Origin: Balanoglossus misakiensis
Taxonomy: Eukaryota > Animalia > Hemichordata
Length of the DNA: 64,000 nt
Direction: 5' to 3'
Assembly (NCBI GenBank): GCA_040954595.2
Contig: CM082581.2
Coordinates: 3,774,699-3,838,698, forward strand
The notes beneath the pieces are model-generated. The model was not told the DNA's origin, searched no databases, and saw nothing but the letters and a program-made list of their open reading frames with translations. Shown piece after piece: positions 1 to 12,095 of this stretch (its first letter is position 1; each line of letters begins with the position of its first letter). The position numbers and the translations under genes were made by a program.

Positions 1-59
1 ATGCAGCCATGTTGGATCGAACGTCAAAACAAAGTGATGTGAATCAAGTGCTTCCTTAC

Positions 60-3000
60 CTGCCATATACACCCCACTGTGAGGCACTGTACATGTCAGC
101 CCAAGCAGGTCGATCACCTCTATAAGATGCATTGTAGACATGGGCATCACAGCTGTACCAAACCGTGTGATCTGTTATTTTGTCCTTTCTGTCACGCCAG
201 CGGCCATTTTTCCGTAGGAAAGTGTGACCTGAAAAATGGTCACAATGTTAACAAACAGATGAAAGTTTTGGTATCATTTGTCAATACTAATTCAAATATG
301 CAAAACATTGTAAAACTCTGAGCATGTACATGTTAATCAGATTATTAATTTAAATTTTCGAGTGTATGGGCACACCATTGCTACATCAGCTTTTCTCCCT
401 TTTTCTGATTTCGCTCAGTAATGAAGTCGAACTATACTACAGAATACTGTAAAACGGGTTATTTTCGCGAGCAATAAATAAAACACGCGAGAGCCAAAAA
501 AACACGAAAATAAATAGTCGCATAAAAGTGTTGTTTTCTGGGATTTACAGAGAAATATGAGAATGTGAAAATTAATCCTGGCATAATAGTTTACTCTTTT
601 GATATCGCGAAAATTTCCTGTTGCAAAAATAACCTGTTTTACAGTACATCATCATTGTGTGTCAATTATGACCAGGTCATAGCTTTGTAACATCATTAAA
701 TTTGATGTACCTCTAGCAGGGGCTAATGAAGCAGCCACATCATCCATGTCTCTGATTGGCAGATCAGCACCACTTAAATTAATTGTGAAATCCCATGATC
801 CCATTCTCAAAAGTTCTTCAAAACACTGCAAAGAACACAAAGAGTGGTGAAAATGGCAATATCACAATTCATCTGTCAATGGCATCAAATTAAAAAGCAT
901 TTAGTGAAATTACAATAACGCTTGCCTGAATTTACACCAGAACGATTTTTTTATAAGGCCTTAACAGAATAGGATGTCAATAGATGGTAAAAACTGATAA
1001 TTGAAATGCTATAGTGAATATATTGAAATACTCTATGATTATTTGCATAAAAATAACATTAAATCTGCCCACCAACAGATAAGAATCAAGCCATCAAAAG
1101 TTCAGTTTTTGACCGAAAAGCTGTTGGGGTTTCACTACAGAAATTCATTAGAATTTTTATTTGTTTCGAAAATCCCCTTTCAAACTGAGTTTTCTTTGAT
1201 ACATGCAATTTAACAATTTCCAAACCCTGTAAAAAACAACTTTTCTTACTTAAATGCTATAAAATACCTTTAGATCTTTGGCAAAACATTTTGTGATATC
1301 AAGTTTTTAGTTCATGTTGCTGTAATCTTTCAGATGTCTCAAATATTCCCTGCGCAATATACAGGAACTGTGTTGAATAAATACGAGAATACAGAGAATT
1401 TGGAGCAACTTGGGTTCTGTTGGCCCATCGAGATTCACTTTCTGAAGATCAAATGTTCAGCACTGACACTTACTAACTAAACTAGGGTGTCTTAGACACA
1501 TTTGATTTTCTCCATGTCATCACACAAAAACGATCAGGAGGTGAGAACACATATTAAACACCTACAAGTACCATGCAATACTGTAATGCCCCTCAGAGCA
1601 TTTGGGTCACACTACTTACAGATTTGATGACTTTGAGCATGGACCTTTAGGCTGGCTTAATTGCAACCATCTGATTTTAACCATGTACGTGATATAGTTT
1701 GCACACAGGCAAAAATAGCAATGACCTGACTGACACACTGCATGAGTGACTTTAAGACTTTTCAAAATGGGGGATAATTATTTCAAGAACTTCGCGTTCA
1801 TGGTAAAAATACAGACAGCACCATATATGAAGTCATTGTCAATGACGATTTTTGCCTTACCTCAAGTTCGGCCCGGACAATTTCATAAGAGCCCCAGGAT
1901 GCAACAAAGGATCGATCTTTCGGCAGAATGTGAATATTATCAGCAAACTGAGTCTTCTCAATCAAGACCTGCAAAGACAGTGTCAGATTTCTTTAATACT
2001 TGCCATCCTGTATTATGAACAACAACCCCATCAGAAAGACTTCATCAAGCAACCCAGTGGTCAATAGACCTCTACTGTGATATCTGACATTATATCCATG
2101 GGGAATGTTTGTGAATAATCTATAGTCAACTGAGCTGTTGATTAAGTTTTCTTCAATGGTGATTCTTATAACAAAATCAAAACAGATGAAATAGAAAACA
2201 CATGTAGGAAGCTGCATACAAATTTCAAAGCGATGGGAGCTATTAACTGAAAAGTTCACAGCAAATGTCTGAAAATGTAACAATTATTTGCTTCATTTAT
2301 GAAAATATTATAACATTCAACCCTTGTCCTGCCATGGGTGCGCCACCTTGCCAAGTAGTTAAAGGGACAAAGTCTCTCTCTCACTGCCCCTTTTTCCAAT
2401 AATTATGTTTGATACAAGACACCGCTATGTTATTAATACATGCGGATATATAGTGAATCAATGTTCAATCACACACACCTTCCATCCCACTTGTAGACAC
2501 GAGAGTGAAAAACTCGCCAAAATGAATAATCGGTCTCTACCATTTATTCATTTTGGGCGAGATTTTTACTCTCATATCCTACAAACGGGGTGGAAGTTTG
2601 TGGTTGAACATTGATTCACTACATGTACATTGAGTGTCTTGTATCAAACATAATTATTGAAAAAAAGGCAGTGAGACAGAGACTTTGTCCCCTTAAGGAG
2701 CTTCTCTTGAAAAAAGCTGTCAGGAATAAATAAATATAGACATAAATATGAAAATTTTATGATCATATGCATTACTGGAAACATCTGTATTAGTACGTAA
2801 TACACGGTGTGGTTTATTGCATGTCAACCCAATTTTATCATATCTATTTATTTTTATATCTTTGAGAGAATTGACTGAGTTACAAATTCTTAAATTCTAT
2901 TTATCGCACACATCATCACAAATAAGCATGACTTTTTTATTGGTGATATACGCTAGGACCCAGTTTTTTATAGAAATTTTTTATTTTTATATCTTATAGG

Positions 3001-6000
3001 TGAGAATTGACTGATTTGTGAATCCTTAAATTCTATTTACTGCATACATTGTCATAAATAAGCATGTTTTCTTGTTAGTACACTAGGAAACTGGGACCCA
3101 GTTTTCTCTAAATAGATACTTCATACTGCATAAATGTAAATCAAATTATATATGTTTAAAAGGTGCATGAAAGTTTATCATGTTGTATCCGTCATGCGAT
3201 TTTGGTCAGGTCTGAATCCAGCTCTTTTCAATTCATGAATGTCTACACTACATTTACACATCTTTTACTGTGTGAAGGAGTATGTAGTCCAAGATACCCA
3301 TGTGCGACTGCAACTGACTCAGTTCATGGCCAAGGATTGAAATAATAACGTTTTCAAAGGAAATAATATTTAAAGCCCAATGAAATGCCATTATTTGTAT
3401 TTCTTTAATGATAAAATACTTTAATCTTCTCCTTAGCCAACAACAAATGTCTCCCATTTAAATTTGTCAAGACTAAAATATGCAAGTGGACATACCATAA
3501 TAGTTGTAAGTTCTTGCAATGGGAAAGCAGGGCAATGTTCCAATAGGTTAATTTACTTTCACTTCCCCAAAAAGCAGAAGACGCGAGTTGAAAGTACTAC
3601 AGGAAGTGACGTCAGCGACTTGTTTTGCAGTCAACGTGCACTGTTGTCACATATATGATAGTACGAGTTTAAAAGTAAAATCATAAAAACAAGGCAAAAA
3701 TTGGCAAGCTCATAAGGCTTTAATGACAAAAATTCCAAACAAATCTCCGAGTGTTTAACCTTAACCACAAACAACTTCCAACCCATTTGTATGATATGAG
3801 TTTGCCCAGAATGAAGAAATGGTAGAGATCAACCGATTATTCATTTTGGCGAGTTTTTTCACTCTCCTATCTACAAGCGAGATGGAAGGTGTGTGTGGTT
3901 AACGTTTATCAACTATATATCCACATGTAGAATAACATAAACGGTGTCTAGTATCAAACATTATTAATGGAAAAAAGGCTGCAAAAGAGAGACTTTGTCC
4001 CTTTAAAGTCAATACTCAACTGAACATCAACCATTGCATTCCGGCTACTGTGCATGTATGGCCAAACTTACATGTAGGGATATACCATATGATATCCCTA
4101 GGGAGTTCAGCAAAATTTACACTGTACAAGAAATGTCACAATTGTACAAGCAACCTACAGTACAGTACGCAGCCAGTCCATCAATGATATTGTCAATTCA
4201 TGATCATATGAAAAGTTTAATATCCAAAGTGCCCTTCAAAACTTTCAAGAAGTATTTTCAAATACACCACCAAAAAAATTGAGAATGTACTTTTGCAAAA
4301 AATAAAGCTGAAAGACCAATTGTTATGTAACTTAAAATATCTTTTGTCAAATAATATGAAAAATAAAATGTTAATTAAAATATGTACACCTTTAAAATTT
4401 GCTGCTTGTAAATTTGGACTGTGAGAAATATTGGTAGTTAAGAAGGTTTTAGTTTCGAAAATTACCTGTAAAATACATCCAGCACTGCCTCTGGGCGCGG
4501 TAAAGAGGGGAAAACTTTGGACCCTCCCCCTAGGATTCTACACAATTCCTTAAAATTACTAAAATAGAAGTATAACAACTGCTTCAAACTGGTTGTAATA
4601 TTAGTTTTAACCACAACCAATTGCTAATAGCCACACAACCGATTGAGTTATAAATAACAGCCTAAGGTATATAAGTCAGTAACATAGTCTAGCATTTCAC
4701 TTTGCACTGTGCTGGAAACAAGCCCCTGTAAAACCATGAAAGGTGTATTAGTTGCTGCTATATTCGTGGTGTTGAGCATTTGTCAGGCTCAGGCAGGTAA
4801 GTTTGTGCATTTTGACTTGCATGTTCGCACACATTAGTTAAAGGGAAGGGGTCGTTGTGCCGTGTGGGTGTCCCCCTTGATGAGAATATGTCCACCCATA
4901 CCAGCACAAACTCCAATGCAGTCGCAACGACTTACTAGGATCTTCAGTTGCTGTCATGCCCAGTCTACACTACGGTTGGCTGCTTCGTTCATTCTAAGAA
5001 TTCGATAATTACTTCTAAATATGATATATTGACCCCTACACCTTGTAAATGTAAATTCTAGCCTGCATATTAATTAATAAACAAAACTATACTGACGTTG
5101 AATATAACATTAGAAGTAGATTGATCCAATGAAACAGCTATGTTATTGTGATGTCATCTGCTTATTTTGCATTTAGTGTTGACTTAATTGTACTTTTTCG
5201 GGTCGTTGTGCCAATTGCGACAGCTGATATATGTCACCTGTTGTGCCTCATTTATCCTGGGTGTTCATGCACTTTCTAAAAAGTAGAACAGCCCAACTTA
5301 ATACAGTGATACTAAACTGTAAACGTCCTCTTTCCAGAATTTTCAGTGTATCATATTGAAGGATCTGATGGAAGGTACACCTTGGATTACAAGGCTGCAG
5401 AAAAGAGGTGTAAATTGAGGGGTGACCCTATTGCAACATATGAGGACTTGGAAGAAGCATGGCAGGAAGGATATCAACTTTGTCGTAAGGGCTGGTTAGA
5501 TGGGCAAAGAGTTGCATATTCCATGCAGACAGCCAAAACAAACTGCGGAAACACAGTGGGCATTGTGGATTATGGGATACACAGACCCTATGAACGTTAT
5601 GATGTATATTGCAAAAAGAACGGTAAGACAATTTACCATCAGAAGAATTCTTTAGTCTCTATATGCCAATATATGAATCTGATGTGGAGAAGTTCGTCAT
5701 GTGTGTGTTTGTATGTGTGTGAGCCTTAAATAGGTTTTACTACATGCTAGGGGATCAAATCACACTATAATAATTGCATTCTGGGTAGTCTCGGTTACCC
5801 AGAGCCCTCTGCTTCTTCCGTTGGGCACTCCAGAAAGAGGGTCTGGGGAAACCCGGTAGACAAATCGCCAGGCGGAATCGGGACAGCTGCGATGCATGAC
5901 AGGAGATTAATATTCCAAAATGGCGACGTCCTGCGCGCGAACCTCACGGCCGACATGTATGACATACGATAAAGAAAACATGCTGAGAAGTGCTAGACCT

Positions 6001-9000
6001 GCTAAAACTGTATACAAATTGAAAAGAGAGAGAGAAGTTTGGTAAATAGTTTTCTAATATCGTCATATCATAATATCGTATCGAATATTAATCTCCCGTC
6101 ATGCATCGCAGCTGTCCCGATTCCGCCTGGCGATTTGTCTACCGGGTTTCCCCAGACCCTCTTTCTGGAGTGCCTAACGGAAGAAGCAGAGGGCTCTGGG
6201 TAACCGAGACTACATTCTGGGTAAAATGTTGACAACTCACTGTAGTAAGAGATAGAAGAAATTTCATGACTTCCTTTGGTCAAACATTTCTGTCTTTGAA
6301 GTTAGCATGTTAAACTCATTTGACGTTTTTCACATTTTGTTTTTTCTTCTGTTACAAAGTTTCATAATGACCAAGCATCACTTTAGCCTATGAACTTCCA
6401 TTTCTTAAACATGGCAAAAATCGGCCATCTTGAAATTGTGTGAACCACATGACATTTTCATCACTCACCCAGGTAGCAAAACCCTAAAGGTAGAGAGAGT
6501 TCAGAGTCATTTGCCTACAATTGAAATGGTTGACTTTGTCTCTAATCATCATCTTTGTATTTCTCCTTCCAGCTTAGGAAGTCGGTGAAGAGTAAATGAT
6601 AGAAGATATTAAACGTTATTCGGAGATGTTAACAACAGTTTTTGCAAATTATTGTAGACTTGCATTGTTTTCTCCAAAGAATAAAGTAAGACACTCAATC
6701 ATAAAAAGTGCTTTTGTCATTTTTAAGCTGAACCAACCAAAATGTCTACAACATTGCTAGAGCACAATAGGTCTTTGCAGTTGTCAGAATTAAGTTATAT
6801 GTAGTCTTACCATCAAAACGTAAGAAAAGAGAAATAGCGATACATCAGAAACTTTTGGAAAAATGAGACTAGCGAATAATATATCCCCAAGATTTTTTAT
6901 CCACTCAAAACCATGTGAAATCGACACAGTGGTTATCAGGACACTGGTAATAACTTTGACCATAAACGTTTTGCTGAACATACTGATAGGTGTTTTGCAT
7001 AGCATGGATGCTGATGAGAGGAAATAAAGTGCCACACGCTCTACAATCTGATGACACAAAGAAAGAACAGCATAGCGGTAGACACAGACAAGCAACAACG
7101 GGCCTAATGCAATAAAACTAGTACCATCTGGATACATGTACAATGTCTATTCTTCGATATCAAACGACGTCAGACGCGCTCAGGCAGCAGTTATGTTCGC
7201 ATTCAAATTTCCAGATGACGGGCAACTTCAACAACGTGGTCCAGACAAAGACTGTGCAGCCGAAACTCCATGGGGCTGATGAGGCAATATTATACCTGAT
7301 ACATGTTACGTGTTTGGCGGTTTTAAAGTAAAAACATATTCGGAAAAGCTTTTACTGGATGCCGAATATTGCTTGCCCGTCATCAGGAAATGAAAACGCT
7401 GTGGGTCACATGGCCAGATCACGTGATTGATAGTAAAGAATTGCGTCTGTACTGCAATCATACATGTGGATTTTCCATTCAATTTTCCTCAACAAACTTT
7501 GACTTTAAAGCAATGTACACGTACACACTGATGTGACTGTTAAAAACACTACAGCTGACTTCATGCTTTACACAATCAAAATGAAGAGTTCTTTTTTCTC
7601 TACGGCAAACTGACTTTTCATTTCATCATGTTTCATTTCTGGGGGAGCCAGTTTCAAAAGGCTAACGAAGCAAGCAGGTTGCTAAGCAACATCACAGCTC
7701 AACATCCATTCCCCTCTCACTGTACAGAGTGACTTAGCACCAGTTCTTCTCAGCGGGGCTATACATGTCTTGAGGTCAGTGACAATGCAGTCATTCCCAA
7801 CCAGTGATATTTCACTCTGAACTTGTGAAGGTCATAATGCAAACCAACAGGGATTTTTTAGTGGAGGTGGTGGGCACTTCTTTTCATACTCTGGTACATG
7901 ACTTGTAACAATTTTCTTTGAAACTCCTCCAGCCTGGCACATTTCAAATAGTCCACCCCAATGTCGGACAAAGATTAAAGTGGAGACAAAGGTCGGTCAA
8001 TACAAAGAACCCCAGGCATTCCATTAACAGTGGTAGGAACATATCCTAGTCTTGCATTACTATAACCATTTAGAAAATTGAAGAACGGTGCCAGCAGTCA
8101 AACTCAGCAAGCTTGTACAATGTACTAAGTAAAACCCTGCAGTGAACAGGATAGAGGACTGACTGACATGACTAACAACAGCCTGCTTGCTGTGTGCAAC
8201 TCAATTCACTTGAGGTTAAGATAATACCAGCATTCTGTAATTGTTCGGCTATTGACTTTGCATAGATATCAAGCATACCTGTCTGATTTCTTCAGCTCTT
8301 CTGTCAATGTGCACACAATAGAAGAAGTAAGGCTTGTAAATAGATTGTAGTAACTGCATCTGTAATACAGTATTGAAATTCATGTTTTAATAAAATAAAG
8401 TAATTACCCACTGTGACCTTAAAGAAATGTCAAAAAGAGATATACCCCTGGGGTTATCCAATTATTGCTTCAAACTTCAACTAAATGAATGGACTCAAAA
8501 TTGGTGGCTGGCAGGCTTTATATAATATAAGATTCACTACAATATTACCAACAAGAAAATATTCATTAGGAAAATACTGTAAAACGGGAAATTTTCGCGA
8601 GAGATAAATTTTTGCAAACTACACGAGAGTCCCAAAAATACGAAAATAAAAAATCGCGTAAAATGTTTTTGGCAGATAACGTTGCAGTGAAATATGAGAA
8701 AGCGAAAATTAATAATCGCGCAACAGTTGCCTCTTTTGATATCACGAAAATTTCCCGTTTTACAGTATACTGACGGACAATATGCTCTGAAGACAATCAT
8801 AAAACTACCTACCACTGTCTCTGGATATTCGTGTACAAGCAAAGTGAAAGCAAGTCTTGCAGGAATCAGTTTAGCATAGGGAAGGGACATCACTGAAAAC
8901 AAACACAGTACACTGCATCAGTATTTCTCTACAACAGAATACTGCAATATTCATGTTAAAAACTAAGGCATAATTGACAAATTTTGGGGACATTAAATTT

Positions 9001-10881
9001 TCTGTCAATCCCAACAGGTTCACTTTTTATTGTAAGCATAAATAATTATATAATTTGAATAACAGAAAAAATGTTAGAATGACAACAGTCAATTGTAAGA
9101 AATGCAGATTAGAATAGTAATCCATAGTTCACCGCACGAGCCTATGTTTCTGTGAGTGGTCAATCTGTGAATTCAAAAATCATAGAAATATATTACAACT
9201 GTCAAATACTCACAATGTTCATGCTGGGACATGTCTGGTCTGGCACCAGGAGATGGCAGACTTTTAAATGAAAACCTAAAGTTATTTTCTCCTGGAGACA
9301 ATGGTTGCTTTCCCTGTAAGGATAAATATGAATAGAGGTTAGACTTGAGTGGACAGGATGTGCACACAGTCATTATCAATGATTTAGTTCCTACTGGATC
9401 CTACTGAAACACACACGGGAAGGAGTCATGTTTGAAGAAATCAATTGAAGATAACAAGTATCAAAGTGGCTACCTAGAAGCTTCAATGAAAATGTTACAA
9501 CGATAAAAACTGACATGCAGATATATGCTCTGGCATTCAGTCATTTAACTATACTGTGAATCTTGTTCATGACCAAAAGAACAACCCGCCAACATGCAAA
9601 TTCATTTCACATGCCTCACACAAATTGAGAGCAGTTTTTTAGACCAGTGCATTCTCTAGGATTGTATCCAACTTAGTGGATCTTGTTAGGTGACATACAA
9701 GTGCCTCCCAAAAGGTGCATTTCCAAGGAATTCCTGATTCCATACTCAAGGCAAGTGTCATGTAATTCAATTGAAATACACAGCCAAAGTACCTTGATCA
9801 AGTGTCACAAGCAGTGATCACAAATCCATTACCTCCTTCATTTTACCATTTACACAATTAGTAACCGTCGACAACAGAGATCAGGTTAAAGGTACTCCAG
9901 AATGAGTTAGCTTCAAACCGCAGTTGCAATTTACTGATCCAGTTACATTTGACATTTCCACCATGATGCTGACAGTAGACCAGTAATTAGGTTCTCAATG
10001 AAGTGACTCTATTCCCTTGCACCATACATGTACGTACAATCAACAGATTTTATAAAGATAGTACAGACCACCAGATAATATACAATCTTTACTAAACAGC
10101 ATAAATGTGTCCAATGCCATCATAGTCAGCTCGTCTATATCCATTCTGTCCATCAACACATGTGGAATGTTCATCATATCATGTCATAGAGGTTTACCGG
10201 TACTCTAGATCTGAGTTAACTTTTTGATAATTTTCATTAACTTTCAAAGCACCTAGTACATGTACCTACAATGATTCCCCCATTCGAACGAAACAAGAAA
10301 AAAAAGAATCATCCAAACAGGAACCTTACTACAATGCAAATCACCATGATTATTACTACATGTACATGTGTGATTGTTACTACATTATCCTTTGGCTTAT
10401 ATCAAAAATAAGCTTCTGGCATATCTAAACAATGTACCACCCACAGCTTTCTTTTGACATCAAAAATCAATAAATCTGGCTGTATTACTAATACTATTAA
10501 AGCATGGTTGAACTTTCATCTGCAAATCTGAAACATGAAACACACAACCGCCTTTATCGACATACAGTAGCTTCAGTCATGCGGTGCAATTCCTGATTCC
10601 CGAATATCTGATCTGTCAACAGTTGAAACTGTTGAAAACACCTGGGTTTTTCAATATGCCCGCAAGCAATATACACAACATTGAAATCACTGCTCCAGAA
10701 ATAGATGTGGGCAGTAAAACGACTACATGTGGATGTGATATGCCACATCCTGAAATTGATATCAGGAGCCTGTTTTTGACAAGCTGTAAATCCCACAAAG
10801 TCCAATTTCCCCCGGATATGATTAGTGATTTAATTTATATGCAATGCAGGACTACTGAACATTTGGCAGCTTGGAGTTATC

Positions 10882-10926
<45 letters not shown>

Positions 10927-12095
10927 TAGATTTGTTGATTTCCAGACTTATCAAATACCACAGACATTAGTAAAATTTTGTCAATGTAAGGACACAAAAC
11001 TGAAAATAAAATGGCATGAAATGACAGAAAGAACACACAAGGTGAGAAAACAGCAAACGGCCTATAGAGGGCTCCCACCTGCAGACGACACAAGCTTAGA
11101 AATTAACAAAAATACTGTATTCCAGCAAATTTAACAGATTTCGATTATTTAACCCTCACAGGTTTGAATTTCTGGTAATATACTCAAATGTACCACCAAT
11201 ATATACATGCACGGTACATCTAGGGGCTTGGGCCTGAAATGGTAAATCTCTATGCTATTCTGCCTTTTAAAATACACCTCTGAGCTGTATAGACACAGTC
11301 TGATCACTGAGTATTTTAAATTGCTTGTTTATTAGTTATGGCATCAATCTGATCTGGCAGGTGGGCCAGCAAGTTTTTAACTGGTCCATGGCAAATGACT
11401 GGTGTCAGACCAGACATCATATTTATCCCTTCAGAGATGCTGCTAACATTGACCATCAGAAAAGATAGTTCTACTCAAGTTCAATTTTTCAGCAAACAGT
11501 GAAATAATAATGAACAGGAAGTAGAGAAAAGCGTGACTTACCCCCGGATGTTGAAGTAGTGCAGGTGGAATACATCCACCACTTGTGTTGTAATGATATG
11601 AACAATAAGCCTCAACAAGATTTGTTCGACATTCGGCACTTGGCACTCTATAAAGTGAAAGTGACAAAACATTTATGCATGTGGCTATGATTCAATTTCT
11701 GCATAGTACATAGTGATTAATTAATATATGTCTCACATCATACATTTGTTATCTTCCACTTAACCAACCACGTAAACATGTACGAACATACATAAATTCA
11801 TTTATTTTGCAACAATTAATGAAAATTCATGCTGATCCATTTTTTTGTTACATTGGAAATAGTATTTATCTTAATGTCTGGTTCTGTTTTTGTAAAACAG
11901 TTTTTTTCAAGTAGTATCCAGTTAATTTTTGAAAATTAAAAAATGAGCTACATGTACTGTTGCAGCAAATTAGTTTGTAATTATATAAATTTATAAAGAG
12001 TATAAATCCTTAGAGCATACCTTCCTAAAATAGACCAAAGAGTGTTGACTGTTTGCAGTTGTGAAGGTGGATTAACTGTACAGATACCACCATAC
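60..12095 (-). CDS. Xylosyltransferase-like (GT14, Core-2/I-branching family) gene, internal exons 12021-12095, 11542-11647, 9214-9313, 8813-8892, 8279-8359, 1861-1968, 711-825, 60-228; continues beyond the left edge
   Basis: All exons have AG/GT boundaries and compatible phases. Spliced translation: YGGICTVNPPSQLQTVNTLWSILGR-VPSAECRTNLVEAYC...PARLAFTLLVHEYPETV-MQLLQSIYKPYFFYCVHIDRRAEEIRQ-VLIEKTQFADNIHILPKDRSFVASWGSYEIVRAELE-CFEELLRMGSWDFTINLSGADLPIRDMDDVAASLAPAR-GHTFLRKNG...CDAHVY...SASQWGVYG. This is collinear with XYLT motifs recalled from memory (RIAFVLVVH, IYHKDHFYYIHVD, WGG, WDFFINLSAADYPIR, CDAH, GSDW). A divergent paralog is more likely than the XYLT1/2 ortholog. Confidence 0.9.
447..644. 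mobile_element. TA-target MITE (Tc1/mariner-type), TIR CTGTAAAACGGG
   Basis: TA|CTGTAAAACGGGTTATTTT...AAAATAACCTGTTTTACAG|TA; related copies at 8577, 14524 and 26428. Confidence 0.8.
2363..2692. mobile_element. TTAA-target fold-back MITE (Kolobok-type purine-purine termini), TIR AGGGACAAAGTCTCT
   Basis: TTAA|AGGGACAAAGTCTCTCTCTCACTGCC...GGCAGTGAGACAGAGACTTTGTCCCC|TTAA; palindromic over most of its length. Confidence 0.85.
3810..4002. mobile_element. Right half of the same TTAA fold-back MITE family
   Basis: Matches 22970-23158; ends GAGACTTTGTCCCT|TTAA. Confidence 0.75.
4668..4674 (+). promoter_or_regulatory. TATA box of the Link-module gene
   Basis: TATATAA ending about 60 bp upstream of ATG 4736. 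Confidence 0.5.
4736..6577 (+). CDS. Secreted single Link (Xlink, hyaluronan-binding-type) module protein, 116 aa; exons 4736-4796, 5338-5622, 6573-6577
   Basis: Signal-peptide exon MKGVLVAAIFVVLSICQAQA|gtaag. Exon 2 is EFSVYHIEGSDGRYTLDYKAAEKRC...ATYEDLEEAWQEGYQLCRKGWLDGQRVAYSMQTAKTNCGNTVGIVDYG...YDVYC, with the four Link cysteines and GWL/YDVYC motifs. Exon 3 completes Ala then TAG. TATATAA lies at 4668 and AATAAA at 6680. Confidence 0.92.
4842..5010. mobile_element. Truncated TTAA-target MITE (family of 15077-15311) in intron 1 of the Link gene
   Basis: TTAA|AGGGAAGGGGTCGTTGTGCCGTGTGGGTGTCCCC...; reverse-complement match to 15145-15311. Confidence 0.75.
5786..6212. mobile_element. Non-autonomous DNA transposon, TAGTC termini, TIR about 125 bp, 9-bp TSD (AcademH-type), in intron 2 of the Link gene
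   Basis: CATTCTGGG|TAGTCTCGGTTACCCAGA...TCTGGGTAACCGAGACTA|CATTCTGGG. Confidence 0.9.
6680..6685 (+). terminator. Polyadenylation signal of the Link-module gene
   Basis: AATAAA about 100 nt after stop codon 6577, followed by T-rich sequence. Confidence 0.55.
8577..8765. mobile_element. TA-target MITE, same family as 447-644
   Basis: TA|CTGTAAAACGGGAAATTTTCG...CGAAAATTTCCCGTTTTACAG|TA, in the GT14 gene intron. Confidence 0.85.
10883..10926. repeat. (CAGA)11 microsatellite
   Basis: Direct reading; it explains the RQTD repeats in the ORF track. Confidence 0.95.

Noticed and set aside
6790-7143. Hydrophobic 117-aa minus-strand ORF with a GTAAGA donor, a possible first exon of the GT14 gene
   Set aside because: GT14 homology continues seamlessly from exon 8279-8359 to exon 1861-1968, so this stretch is intronic. 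No recognisable domain.
10554-11134. Cluster of overlapping ORFs with RQTD repeats
   Set aside because: The repeats come from the (CAGA)n microsatellite inside a GT14 intron, and there is no domain signal.
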